Numbered from the whole stretch's first letter, positions 1-11,017 are shown. The stretch: DNA of 63,566 nt, filler included, from Octopus bimaculoides (GCF_001194135.2; 10 parts of 7 records of this genome joined end to end with filler, not necessarily neighbours in it); one strand, 5' to 3'. Numbers and translations are program-made. Notes: generated by a model not told the origin, from the letters alone.

Positions 1-41
1 CACACACACACACACACACGCACGCACACACACAAACATCG

Positions 42-628
42 ATCGTCGGTAGAACGTAAATTCGAAAAAGAAGTACACTCTAAGTTATGGAGCAGCATTT
101 AATATAAACAGTTAGAATAGGCCGGTTTATGGGATTACGTTTGGTTTGACGCCCATGAAGCGCTTAGCTTTATGGCGTATCATCAGATCCCAAGACCTGT
201 TGGTTTAAAGCCTCTCTATAATATGGAGGAAGAAATGATCTTGCTATTCAATCTTAACAACAGGGGATTGTCTCCTTTGGCTATTGATCACCAGTGACCC
301 TGTTATCCTGTGGGTTCCAATAGGCCTGCAGTAATTTCCTGAAATGCAAGCACAGTCCGAAGACCTTCGTTCTGGAGTTAAGGATGTTCCTCGGGTCAAG
401 GGAGTCCTTTAGAATCCTCTCCTGTTCCGCTATGTATAGTTTAAAACGCTTAGTCCCGTTTATGTAGGGGCCTAGATTTTCTAGGACTCTCCATGATATT
501 GTGCATGGTATCCCGTCGTCTTTTAGCTGCCATACATAGCTGGCTAATGTAACTCCTTGCGGGTATCCTGAAGGAGGATCTGTGGTTGGAGAGGTGTAGT
601 TTGAACGGATACAAACGAGGTGTTGGCG
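42..628 (-). mobile_element. Penelope-like element: GIY-YIG endonuclease C-terminus + 3' UTR/pseudo-LTR, frameshifted
   Basis: Minus strand reads FKLHLSNHRSSFR, then after a frameshift LASYVWQLKDDGIPCTISWRVLEN...RILKDSLDPRNILNSRTKVFGLCLHFRKLL, matching the PLE GIY-YIG C-terminal pattern. Confidence 0.8.
131..191 (-). ncRNA. Degenerate type I hammerhead ribozyme in a PLE 3' region
   Basis: GGGAT-CTGATGA-T-ACGCC...GGCGT-CAAAC-CAAAC-GTA-ATCCC: perfect 5-bp stem I, intact CUGAUGA, GAAAC damaged. Confidence 0.6.
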
Positions 629-629
629 G

Positions 630-857
630 AAATAGCAGCAGAGTCAGCATCAATGATATTCATAACTGCAGCGACAGCGCCTCCATCAACGACGATAACA
701 AAAACAACAACAATAGCATTACCAACACAAGTGGTAATGGCACCAACACCATCGCCACTTCCAATGACGCAAACACCAACAACATCAACGCCAACACCAA
801 CAGGGCCAGTAACAACAACAGCGGTAGCAGCAACGCCAATACCAATGGATACGGTAC
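630..857 (+). repeat. Degenerate (AAC)n-rich spacer between the inverted PLE copies
   Basis: Repeated aacaac/accaac/agcaac triplets; this explains the Asn-rich and Thr/Pro-rich ORFs. Confidence 0.6.
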
Positions 858-1478
858 AGCCAACACCCGGCCACGGGGATACATCGGCTGCTCCGGGAAC
901 TCGTTCAAACAATGCCTCTCCAACCACAGATCCTCCTTCAGGACAGATTAAAGACGACGGGATTCCATACACAATATCATGGAGAATCCTAGAAAATCCA
1001 GGCCCATACATATACGGGACCAAGTCCTGTAAACTATGCATAGCGGAAAAGGCGAGGACTCTAAAGGACTCCTTTGGCTTGGGTAACATCTTTAACTTCA
1101 GAACGGAGGTCTTCGGACCGTGCTTGCATTTCAGAAAATTCCTGCTGGCCTATTGGACCCACAGGATAACCGACAGCCAAGGGNNNNNNNNNNNNNNNNN
1201 NNNNNNNNNNNNNNNNNNNNNNNNNNNNNNNNNNNNNNNNNNNNNNNNNNNNNNNNNNNNNNNNNNNNNNNNNNNNNNNNNNNNNNNNNNNNNNNNNNNN
1301 NNNNNNNNNNNNNNNNNNNNNNNNNNNNNNNNNNNNNNNNNNNNNNNNNNNNNNNNNNNNNNNNNNNNNNNNNNNNNNNNNNNNNNNNNNNNNNNNNNNN
1401 NNNNNNNNNNNNNNNNNNNNNNNNNNNNNNNNNNNNNNNNNNNNAGGTAATCCCATAAACCAGCCTATTCTAATTTTA
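858..1478 (+). mobile_element. Penelope-like element: second, inverted copy of the GIY-YIG/3' region (interrupted by a gap)
   Basis: GYIGCSGNSFKQCLSNHRSSFR, then KDDGIPYTISWRILENPGPYIYGTKSCKLCIAEK...NFRTEVFGPCLHFRKFLL. After the gap, gtaatcccataaaccagcctattcta matches the reverse complement of ~115-138. Confidence 0.8.
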
Positions 1479-1544
1479 TATATATATCAACAATATTAAC
1501 AATAAGGATTGTATATACATAGTACATTAAGAAAGATATTTGAA

Positions 1545-1740
1545 TAAAATTTCATTGAAAGATATCCATTTTCCTGAAAGTTATGAGGGAAAAAAGTTGG
1601 ATCATGTGAATTTTTCGAAACTCCTCTCCAACCCCCTCGAAAAACTGTTTCGCATAATTTCCTATATATTCTGAAACCACATCATCTTAGTGAGATTTGT
1701 TGAAAATTTCGTTAAAAAGCATCTATTTTTTTTTTTTTGG
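1545..1740. repeat. Interspersed repeat, related to the copy at ~44688-44970
   Basis: Shared tttcctgaaagtta..ga.ggaaaa...ggatc.tgtgaatttt.cgaaa.tcctc motif in both places. Confidence 0.45.
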
Positions 1741-2267
1741 AAGTCATAAGGTAACAAAGTCGGTGGGAGTTAACATCTGCAGTTATGCCAGTTTTGTTTG
1801 TGTGCAATGCTTGTGTGAGTGTCTGTTATTTAATACAGCCAAACCGGCTCATAATGGGAAAATACTCTGAAGGTAAGGGACGCCTGAAATGTTAATACAA
1901 GCGAAATAAAACAAATTTCGCGTAAATCTGACCATGGATTCCCGAGATATGCGGTTTTTGGGGTACCTTCATAAATAGCCAAAACGGTGGATAATGGCAA
2001 AATACTCCGAAAGTAACATAACCCTGAAATGGGAAAATTATTTCCATTAATTTTATGTTTACGTTATATAACAATTCCTTTTGCATTTTTGTAGAAGTAT
2101 GCACACATACTATGAATAAATGTTGTTACTGGAGTTCAAGTTCAATTTCTATTAGATGCTGTAAATAATCAATAAAACCTTAAACATGGACTAGAAAACC
2201 AGATCTATGATGACACGAACGAATTGAAATATTTAATTGAAATGTTGAAATCAGCTTCAATGTTTTA

Positions 2268-2311
2268 TAACCCGAACCGTCAGTGAACCAACGGGTTACT
2301 GGTAGTCTAGT
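2268..2311 (+). mobile_element. Helitron-like 3' terminus
   Basis: Hairpin TAACCCG...CGGGTTA, 8 nt, then CTAG followed by T. Confidence 0.5.
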
Positions 2312-2724
2312 ATGTGTGTGTGTGTGTGTGTGCGTATGCACGCACGTGTGATTAAACACACACACACACACGTTTGTATGTATCGATATACTTATGTATG
2401 CATGTATCAAAATGAACTAAGCCGAGAGAAGTCCCTTAATAACTATATGAGAAGGGGAGATAATCATATCATGAATCAAGAATTCTCCAAAGTTGGCATG
2501 TCATTAAGGAAAAGGAAAGGCTTATTGTCTGAAGATAAAGGACAGTTATGGACTCACTTCCCTTCTCATATAGTGATGTTCTCAGTTGTATTCATACGTA
2601 TATGCGCGTGTGTGTGTGTGTGAGTGTGTGTATGTGTGTGTGTGTGCGCGCGCACGTATGTGTGTATGTATGTATTCATATATATATACGTACACATAAA
2701 TATGTGTATATATGTTTGTCTACT

Positions 2725-2920
2725 ACCCTCAATTCCCGCTTGATAACCGGCGTTGGTTTACTTACGTCCTCGTAATTTAGCAATTCAGCACAAGCGACCC
2801 ATAGAATAAGTACCAGACTTGAAAAGGATGTAACTATTGAGGTCGATTTTATCCGCTAAACCCTTCACTTGTAGTGCTCTAGTATGGCTGCAGTCCAGTT
2901 ACTGAAGCAAGTAAACGAGT
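2725..2920 (+). mobile_element. SINE family A, 3' portion (diverged)
   Basis: cgcttgataaccggcgttgg...gaataagtac...ggtcgattt...gcagtcc matches the tail of other family A copies in the window. Confidence 0.65.
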
Positions 2921-3463
2921 GTATATAGACTAGATAATCAAATATAGATAAGTTGTTGTCGATGTTTAGATCCGGATGAAACCTGTAATTAAAAGTTTTC
3001 CAGTCATACTTATCTTCTTAGGGGTATGTTTAAGACTGCATTATCTTTAAGGTTTATGGGAACTTTAGTTGTATTTTGTAGCTGGTTGAGCAAGCGTAGA
3101 GAAACTCGCTTGTTACTTAGTCAAATTTAGATATACAAGTTTCACACTTGTTAGTTTAAAGCAAATAGTAGTAACAGATGTTTAGATATGGAGACATATG
3201 TCAACAAAAGTCCTTGGTTATTAGAGATCGGCTTTGCTTGATGGTTGCTTGAAACCACTGACATTCTGTCAGAGTTTATTTTTGGGAGAACACCTACAAT
3301 GATTGCAGGATAGAAGACTTGCATTGTTCGCAAATCAGAAGCTTTGTAGTGATTGTAGAATATAGGGATTTTACAAATTCAAAAGAGGGGGTGGGGTGGA
3401 ATGACTGTATTTTTGTGCATTCGAAATTGAAATTAAAAATACATAGAAGATTGGTAATTCATA

Positions 3464-3835
3464 TACTCTTTTACTCTTTTACTTGTTTCAGTCATTTGAC
3501 TGTGGCCATGCTGGAGCACCACTTTTAGTCGAGCAAATCGACCCCAATACTTATTCTATCGGTCTCTTTTGCCGAACCGCTAATTTACGGAGACGTAAAC
3601 ACACCAGCATCGGTTGTCAAGCGATGTTGGGAGGACAAACACAGACACGCAAACATATACGCACACATACATACATATACATATATACGACGGGCTTCTT
3701 TCAGTTTCCGTCTACCAAATCCACTCACAAGGCTTTGGTCGGCCCGAGGCTATAGTAGAAGACACTTTCCCAAGGTGCCACGCAATGGGACTGAACCCGG
3801 AACCATGTGGTTGGTAAGCAAGCTACTTACCACAC
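3464..3835 (-). mobile_element. tRNA-derived SINE family A (near full length, internal microsatellite)
   Basis: Minus strand: GTGTGGTAAG A-box region, GGTTCAGTCC-type B box (3788-3797), CCTTGGG.AAG core-like motif, conserved tail ending in (GTAAAAGA)n. Many copies in the window. Confidence 0.85.
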
Positions 3836-3933
3836 GTACATAAACATACATTTTGAACGGGATCGGCTAATGTCAGCATTACAAGAATATATGTATGTGA
3901 TGACAAAGATATGAAGTAAACCAATTTCGGCTT

Positions 3934-4650
3934 CATTATTTTAGATTCTAAAAAGGCGACGAACTGGTGGAATCGTTAGCATGACGGGCAAAATGCTTAG
4001 CTGCATTTCGTTCGTCTTTACGTTCTGAGTTCAAATTCCGCTGAGGTCGACTTTGTCTTTCAACCTTTCGAGGTCGATAAAATAAGCTCCAATTGATCAT
4101 AAGGGTTGATGTAATCGACTTACCCCTACCTTTAAAATTACTGACCTTGTACCAAAGTTTGAAATCATTATTTTAGAGCCTAAAAAAGGTGTCGAACTGG
4201 TAGAATCGATATTGTTCTGGGTAAAATGTTTCGCGGCATTTCATTCGTCTCTATGTTCTGAATTCAAATTCTGCCGTGGTTGACTTTGCCTTTCGTCTTT
4301 CAGGATCGATAAAGTAAGTACCAGTTGAGCACTGAGGTCGATATAATCGATTAGCCCCTCCTCTAAAATAGTTCAGGCCTTGTGCCCATAGCAGAATAGG
4401 ATTATTTTTTAGCCTAAGGCAGCAAGCTAACAGAATCGTTAGTGAGTCGTACAAACTGCTTAGGGGCATTACTTCCGTTTCTTTAACGATCTGAGTTCAA
4501 ATTCTGCTCCTGTCGATTTTGCCTTTAATCCTTTCGGGGTCGATAAAATAAGCATCTGTCAAATACTAGAGTCAGTGGTATTGACTGAGCCCCTTAACCC
4601 CAAGTTACTGGTTGTGCCAAAATTTGAAACTATTATTTAAGAGCCTGAAA
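3934..4650 (+). mobile_element. Three head-to-tail copies of tRNA-derived SINE family B, ~232-bp period
   Basis: Each copy has gg.g.gctgg.agaatcg, B box GAGTTCAAATTC and cgataaaataag; linker attatttt.gagcctaa recurs at ~3934, 4166, 4401 and 4631. Confidence 0.85.
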
Positions 4651-4701
4651 ACAAACAAAAATAAACCTCTACAGGAGCACTTCTTGCTATTACTAACCAT
4701 C

Positions 4702-5200
4702 TCTTATTAATATTCAAACTTATTAATATTCAAACTCTTATTAATATTCAAACTCTTATTAATATTCAAACTCTTATTAATATTCAAACTCTTATTAATA
4801 TTCAAACTCTTATTAATATTCAAACTCTTATTAATATTCTCTTATTAATATTCAANNNNNNNNNNNNNNNNNNNNNNNNNNNNNNNNNNNNNNNNNNNNN
4901 NNNNNNNNNNNNNNNNNNNNNNNNNNNNNNNNNNNNNNNNNNNNNNNNNNNNNNNNNNNNNNNNNNNNNNNNNNNNNNNNNNNNNNNNNNNNNNNNNNNN
5001 NNNNNNNNNNNNNNNNNNNNNNNNNNNNNNNNNNNNNNNNNNNNNNCTTATTAATATTCAAACTCTTATTAATATTCAAACTCTTATTAATATTCAAACT
5101 CTTATTAATATTCAAACTCTTATTAATATTCAAACTCTTATTAATATTCAAACTCTTATTAATATTCAAACTCTTATTAATATTCTCTTATTAATATTCA
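4702..5200. repeat. 18-bp minisatellite (CTCTTATTAATATTCAAA)n spanning a gap
   Basis: Near-perfect tandem units on both sides of the N-run, no spacers. Confidence 0.95.
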
Positions 5201-5519
5201 AGCTAAAGATTCTTATTCAATTTACTGATCCATTTTCGTTGTCGAGGCCTCGTTCTATCGTTCAGCTTTACTCCAAATGGTTATATCTATAGAATCTACT
5301 CCCCCCACAACTCCCTCTCTCAGCTTGATAAGAGCAACAAAGATTTGCTGTTACACTAGTTCAAGTCACTTTTCCTTATCCCATTATACATACATATATA
5401 ATATAATATAATGTAATGTAATATAATATAATATAATATATGTATGTATGTATGTCTGTATGTATATCTTTTCCGAATTTGTGTAAATATGTATAGAATA
5501 AAATATCAGTTGAATAAAG

Positions 5520-6020
5520 TTAAAACATCATTAACTGGTTGTTATATTATAAGTTGTTATTTCCGTTCAGAACAGGTTTGAACATTTTAATAAACCGTTT
5601 TTCTTTTATATTTCTTCCAACTTTACTTGTGTCATGTAGTTTGTGGAAAAGAAAAATTAGAGACATTTTCTGACTACATGTTTCTATATGTTCACTCAAT
5701 GGAATTTGGCGAACATTAGTGTTCCGGATTTGTTGTCTGTGGACTCGTGAGCATTCCGATAACGCATTCCCTGTCTCGCCAATAAATAGTTTCTCGCAAT
5801 TTGAACATTTAATGCAGTAGATCAAATTTCTGCTTTTGCAGTTCATATCTGCATTTGCGAAAATCTGTCCATTTTTTGTTCTAATGGATCTACCAGTATG
5901 CATGTATTGACACGTTTCACATCTGTTATCATTACAGTTGCATACTGTGAATGCTTTATCCTGTTCATGTCGAATTTTGCTTTTGCTAATAGTTTTTTAG
6001 GTTATGTGGTTGCCTTTAGG
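5520..6020 (-). mobile_element. Penelope-like element: linker Zn-binding motif + GIY-YIG endonuclease
   Basis: RQPHNLK.LLAKAKF...VCNCNDNRCETCQYMHTG...NCKSRNLIYCIKCSNCEKLFIGETGNALSECSRVHRQQI...KEKRFIKMFKPVLN. Confidence 0.85.
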
Positions 6021-6037
6021 TTATATGGTTGCGACAT

Positions 6038-6105
6038 ATTAAAATGTTAAAACCTGTTCTGAACGGAAATAACAACAATGGTTTAACAACCAGTTAATGA
6101 TGTGG
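6038..6105 (+). repeat. Inverted copy of the 3' end of the adjacent PLE (inverted pseudo-LTR)
   Basis: ttaaaatgttaaaacctgttctgaacggaaataacaac...aacaaccagttaatgatg matches the reverse complement of ~5525-5590. Confidence 0.8.
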
Positions 6106-7286
6106 ATTAAAACATATCTTTAACATAGTAATATAAACAAATTACAGAAGACCCCCACCAGTTGAAATAAAAACGATCGAAACCAACTAGGCTTGCTCAC
6201 TCATAAAACCATTACATGTAAACCGTAAGCTAATTGGTTAAAATAAAGGCAGGATCTATGCCAGTAATATCGGTACGCCCGGCAAACCGTGACGTTTAAG
6301 CTGCATGGGGATTGATCAAAACCGTATTCCAAAAATTCGGCTTGTTGGAGCCTTCTAAGAGGTACAAAAAGGAACGAGTTAGTAATTTTACTACAGTTGT
6401 CAGGAACTCAAGTGTCAATTAAATACAATTTCAAATCTGATGATTACTACGAACGTATGGAGGCGCTAAATGAACTTTATGAACATTACAATTTTTTTTA
6501 ATGTTTAACACACTTCAACATTGTAAAAAATTGATATATTTTTTAAAATACCATAATAAAAAAATGTGAAAACCAGACCATATTTTAACATTATTCAACT
6601 GATATATATATGTATANNNNNNNNNNNNNNNNNNNNNNNNNNNNNNNNNNNNNNNNNNNNNNNNNNNNNNNNNNNNNNNNNNNNNNNNNNNNNNNNNNNN
6701 NNNNNNNNNNNNNNNNNNNNNNNNNNNNNNNNNNNNNNNNNNNNNNNNNNNNNNNNNNNNNNNNNNNNNNNNNNNNNNNNNNNNNNNNNNNNNNNNNNNN
6801 NNNNNNNNNNNNNNNNNNNNNNNNNNNNNNNNNNNNNNNNNNNNNNNNNNNNNNNNNNNNNNNNNNNNNNNNNNNNNNNNNNNNNNNNNNNNNNNNNNNN
6901 NNNNNNNNNNNNNNNNNNNNNNNNNNNNNNNNNNNNNNNNNNNNNNNNNNNNNNNNNNNNNNNNNNNNNNNNNNNNNNNNNNNNNNNNNNNNNNNNNNNN
7001 NNNNNNNNNNNNNNNNNNNNNNNNNNNNNNNNNNNNNNNNNNNNNNNNNNNNNNNNNNNNNNNNNNNNATATATATATATATAAATCACAGAATGCGTCT
7101 GTATAATAACTAATGCATACAATTTGTCGTGTCAACGCCCCCAGACGATGACGTAGGCTAGCCCAATACTTAGATATAGAGGGAGACGTCGGGGTAGTTG
7201 AGTACAGGTCATCCGAACGTGCGATATAACAGTGGCGACGAGGATTTCGTAGCTCACACAGCCACTCTGTAGTATTGCGATATAAC

Positions 7287-7786
7287 ACATTTCCACAATT
7301 CTCTACCGATTTTCTCCAAACTTTAGATACACATTACTTATGTCTCAAGGATGCTCATGCACTATAATATTTTGTCCAGAGCTCCAGCGTAAATGGACGT
7401 AAATAGACATAATTTTTTGTATGTAGGGTCTTCCATACTTTTTAAATTTTTCTATAAAAGTGAAAGAATTTCATCTATTTATTTATTTCCTGTCTACCAG
7501 CGACGGTGATTAAATTGACTAGGAACACTGAACGCATACATTTCCACAATTCTCAACCGATTTTTACCAAACTTTACACATACATTACTTATGTCCTAAG
7601 GATAGCCTTGCACTAAACATTTTACCCAGAGCTCACGCGCAAATATACCTAAATGGGCATAGTTTTTTTGTATGCAGAGTCTTCCATACTTTTTAATCTT
7701 TTTTCTAAATGTGAAATGATTTTGTCTATTTATTTCGACTGTCCACCTACCACGGTGATTAAATTGACTAGGAACACTGTACGCGA
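7287..7786. repeat. Two diverged ~250-bp tandem units, possibly internal to a non-autonomous Helitron ending at 8602
   Basis: acatttccacaattctc...ggtgattaaattgactaggaacactg at 7287 and again at 7538. Confidence 0.85.
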
Positions 7787-8570
7787 TGAATATCCAATGC
7801 CAAACAATCTTAATTTCCATATTTAAACTGTATTAAACTTTGGAAAGCTTACCTTTACCTATTCTGAGTTACTTGAAAGGGGATGTTCCCTTCTTTCTCT
7901 TCTATTTGTTGATACCTTTGTTTACCTACCAATGCGTTGTTTCACTTTAAGAATGCTTATTTACCCATCCATTATGATATTTTGACCGTTGTCCATTGTT
8001 TCAAATAAGTTTTAGCATTGTCGTTCTAGCCTGTTTTAAGTAATCACATATGATTCGTCCCAAAGAACCAACCTTTAAATAAGAATTTTGCTTCCACTAG
8101 CAAAAGCTATATGTATCTTTCAGAAAACTCCATAGCAATTTAACTTTATGCAGCATTCGCTATTAGTTTATGCGCAGGCTATGCGGGAAGACAGAATAAA
8201 GGAGCTTTATTAGATTATCTCTCCGAAAAAATAGCTCCATTTGCTGTTGAAAAAAATAAATTCGCAGAGAGTAAGCTTCAACGTCTTACTCCAATTTCAT
8301 TACACCATTTATGTGGTTGTTTCTGACAAGAAATTTCGCTTTTATGTAAAACAACTATATTGTGTAGTCATTATCCGTAATCTACTCCCAAAACACTTCA
8401 GTAGCTCTTATGATCATTACAGTACTACGACCTCCACAATAACCAGCCTTCGGTTTGATTTTCCGTTCCTAGGTTAATCGGAAACATAGATTGCCATGCT
8501 ACTCATAAACCTTCTCGGTAGTTCAATTATTTGGTGAAAAAAAAAAAAAATGCCACCAAAGCAACTTAAA

Positions 8571-8603
8571 CCGTCTGTCTAAAGGACGGGTGCGTTTGCT
8601 AGT
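8571..8603 (+). mobile_element. Helitron-like 3' terminus
   Basis: Hairpin CCGTC...GACGG (8571-8589), 9 nt, then CTAG (8599-8602) followed by T and (TA)n. Confidence 0.55.
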
Positions 8604-8729
8604 ATATATATAAATTCAGTAGCCTTGGTATATATTAGGAAGTTAAATGTTCGGCCAGTCATTGAGTGAGCATTGGTTGCGCACCTATAAAGCACTTAAC
8701 AATACAGGTCACTTGTCATTCGTTCATTT

Positions 8730-8789
8730 GAGTCTGACGAGTCACCTATACTGGTAAGCGCTTTATAGATTCGAGACCAATGATCACTC
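8730..8789 (+). ncRNA. Degenerate type I hammerhead ribozyme
   Basis: GAGT-CTGACGA-G..CTATA...TATAG..C-GAGAC-CAAT-GATC-ACTC: stem I GAGT/ACTC, intact CUGACGA, GAAAC changed to GAGAC. Downstream 8845-8886 is 34/42 identical to the PLE 3' UTR at 42-83 (-). Confidence 0.55.
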
Positions 8790-8900
8790 TATGACTGGGC
8801 ATAACATTTAACTTTCTAAAAAAGTATATTGCTGGTCTAACGCTTTAGAGTGTGCCTCTTTTTCGGATATATGAACTACTGACGATATATATATATATAC

Positions 8901-9067
8901 AGAAAACGAAAACGATTTCTAGGTCGGATTCCAAAAGTGGCGGAAACGCAGGGACTGTTGCATTGCTGTGCAAGGTATTTCGAAGATGATGTTAACACTT
9001 AGGTAAAGAAGTCATTTTTTTAATAATTGAATATAACAATTCCGGGAACCTTTTGATACCACCTCCG
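8901..9067 (+). mobile_element. Mariner-type transposon 3' end with TIR
   Basis: FQKWRKRRDCCIAVQ.YFEDD resembles a mariner C-terminus; ends in the TIR-like tccgggaaccttttgataccacctc. Confidence 0.6.
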
Positions 9068-9299
9068 AGGTATTAGTTCATAAGTGAAATGCTTTTGACT
9101 CTCAGTGACCGCCAGGTGTAATAGATAATTCCTTTTGCTTGTACAGCAGGGGAACAGCTACGAGTGAACCATATAGTGGGTGATTGATTATGTGAGATTT
9201 ATGAGAGAAGATATCTTAATAGCAGTAGTCTACTAATCTCTCTTCGTGTCAGAGGTCTGGGTATATTTGCTACTAAGTGTAATCAGAGTAGAACTTGTC

Positions 9300-10640
9300 G
9301 ATTCTCAAGAAATCAGCTGGTTATTGAAACACTTCCGCACTCGCATAATCCACAGGAAGAGCTGCATCTTTGCCTCCTAAGATATTTTTCTTAGCTTTAT
9401 TTGATTGGTTTGATTGGGTGGGGTGAGTCCGTGCCCACACACTTTGCAGTTTTCTCTAGGATCGGTCAGATCAATGGGGTTAACGTGGGTCTTGAACAAA
9501 TCTGTGTGATCTGCAAATGAATGGATGTAGGAAAAATATGCACCAGGAAAGAATTCCGGAGGATGGATGTTTTGGAGTGGAAGGACTGTATATATTGGTA
9601 CAAATTGTCTGATGTAGTGTAGGTGAACACAGTGTGATGAGCAGTACATATGAGGGCTAGAAGTAGGATTGTATTCGTAAGAGATTTCATACCAAGTAGT
9701 TGGATAACCAGTGCATTTGGCAGCAGTAGTACAGTCCTACTTTGAAAACAAGTAGACTATTGCTGGTTTCACTCAATCTTTATAAAGAGTTATTAGTTGT
9801 CGTATTTTGTGGCTTTGAAGAGGAAGGCTTATCTTTCAAATGCACGCTTTGCTATGTTGAGTATGTGTTCGTCAAGAATATTTTCAGTGATGGTAATGCC
9901 CAACATTTGTAGTAACCTCAAGGCTTATCATACAGCTAAGTGTTATTTATGTTTAGGAAAATTAGGGGGCAAAAATTTTGTTGTTGTTGTTTGCTGTGAT
10001 TTTGTCTTTTAATGTTGGAGGAAACAAGATAGGCGTAGCCACAATGGAATATGCTTTTAAGCTCTCTTTTCATGGAGCCAGGGCAAATTTAGTGCAGTGT
10101 GTGTAAGTTACATGTGAATGATGCTTAATCGTAGAAGGTTATGGAGGAAAGAAAGGTGCATCATCTGCGTAGAAATGGAAATTGTTGGATGTGATAGCAA
10201 GGAGGCTGTTGATATATAAGAAAGAAAATATAGGGAACATAACCGAACCCTTGGGAACGTCAAACTTGATTGTTTGCGGATCAGAGGAAGTCCTTTTAGT
10301 ACACTCTAATGTAGTGTGATCTAAGAGACGTGAAAAGGATTGACTCCATACGCAGTTTTACCAGGAGATTCGCGTATTTGACACAAACGAAAGCTTTAGC
10401 AATGTCAAAGGCAACAACACTGCTTTCACCAAATTTCGTGTGGAAGAGATCACACTGACGAATGATAAACTCGAGTAGGTCTGGCTTCGTGAAAGCCGTA
10501 TTTGTGCTCATTAAGGAAGGTGAGAGATTCAAGTTGTTGGAGAAAGTTGTTGTTAGTGACTATCTTCATCACTTTTAAGTTGTTGAAGAGTGAGAGCGAG
10601 AGGACGATAGCTGACAGAGTCACATCAGTTGCTTTTCTTG
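9300..10640 (-). mobile_element. Decayed APE-type LINE reverse transcriptase (CR1/L2/Jockey group)
   Basis: FGESSVVAFDIAKAF; VPKGSVMFPIFSFLYINSL; FYADD; many stops and frameshifts. Confidence 0.8.
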
Positions 10641-10735
10641 GGAATGAGACATGATAGCGTGTTTCAAAAGATATATATATATATATATATANNNNNNNNN
10701 NNNNNNNNNNNNNNNNNNNNNNNNNNNNNNNNNNN

Positions 10736-10747
10736 TTAATTAATTAA
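10736..10747. other. Assembly linker TTAATTAATTAA inside N44/N44 (also 39597, 44632, 51381, 52788, 54884, 58367, 59795, 62309)
   Basis: The same 12-mer, with stops in all six frames, centred in ~100-nt spacers nine times. Confidence 0.95.
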
Positions 10748-10791
10748 NNNNNNNNNNNNNNNNNNNNNNNNNNNNNNNNNNNNNNNNNNNN

Positions 10792-10839
<48 letters not shown>

Positions 10840-11017
10840 TTGTAAAATCTCAAGAAGGGGTCAGAGTTGTAATTATACTAATAAGTAAAGTTAATCGCTA
10901 CATTAAAGTGGCTGTTCCATGTTACTACTAGTTTTACACCAGGCAGATCTTCCGCCAGCCAGTTATATTCTGCATATATTGCTAGCAAGAGGAGCGAACC
11001 CCTACCGTCCTACCCTT

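Noticed and set aside
586-1089. Asn-rich (586-951) and Thr/Pro mucin-like (620-1450) ORFs as genes
   Set aside because: Explained by a degenerate AAC repeat fused to a frameshifted PLE endonuclease fragment.
3780-3835. tRNA genes at SINE heads
   Set aside because: A and B boxes are present, but there is no complete cloverleaf and they continue into SINE bodies repeated many times.
4702-5200. CRISPR-like array
   Set aside because: Units are contiguous with no unique spacers; eukaryotic context and no cas genes.
6140-6190. cagaaga...gatcgaaac as the pseudo-LTR hammerhead of the 5520-6105 PLE
   Set aside because: Core mutated and no convincing helices.
10736-10747. Recurrent TTAATTAATTAA as a regulatory motif or repeat family
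   Set aside because: Always centred in N44/N44 spacers and has stops in all six frames, so it is an assembly linker.
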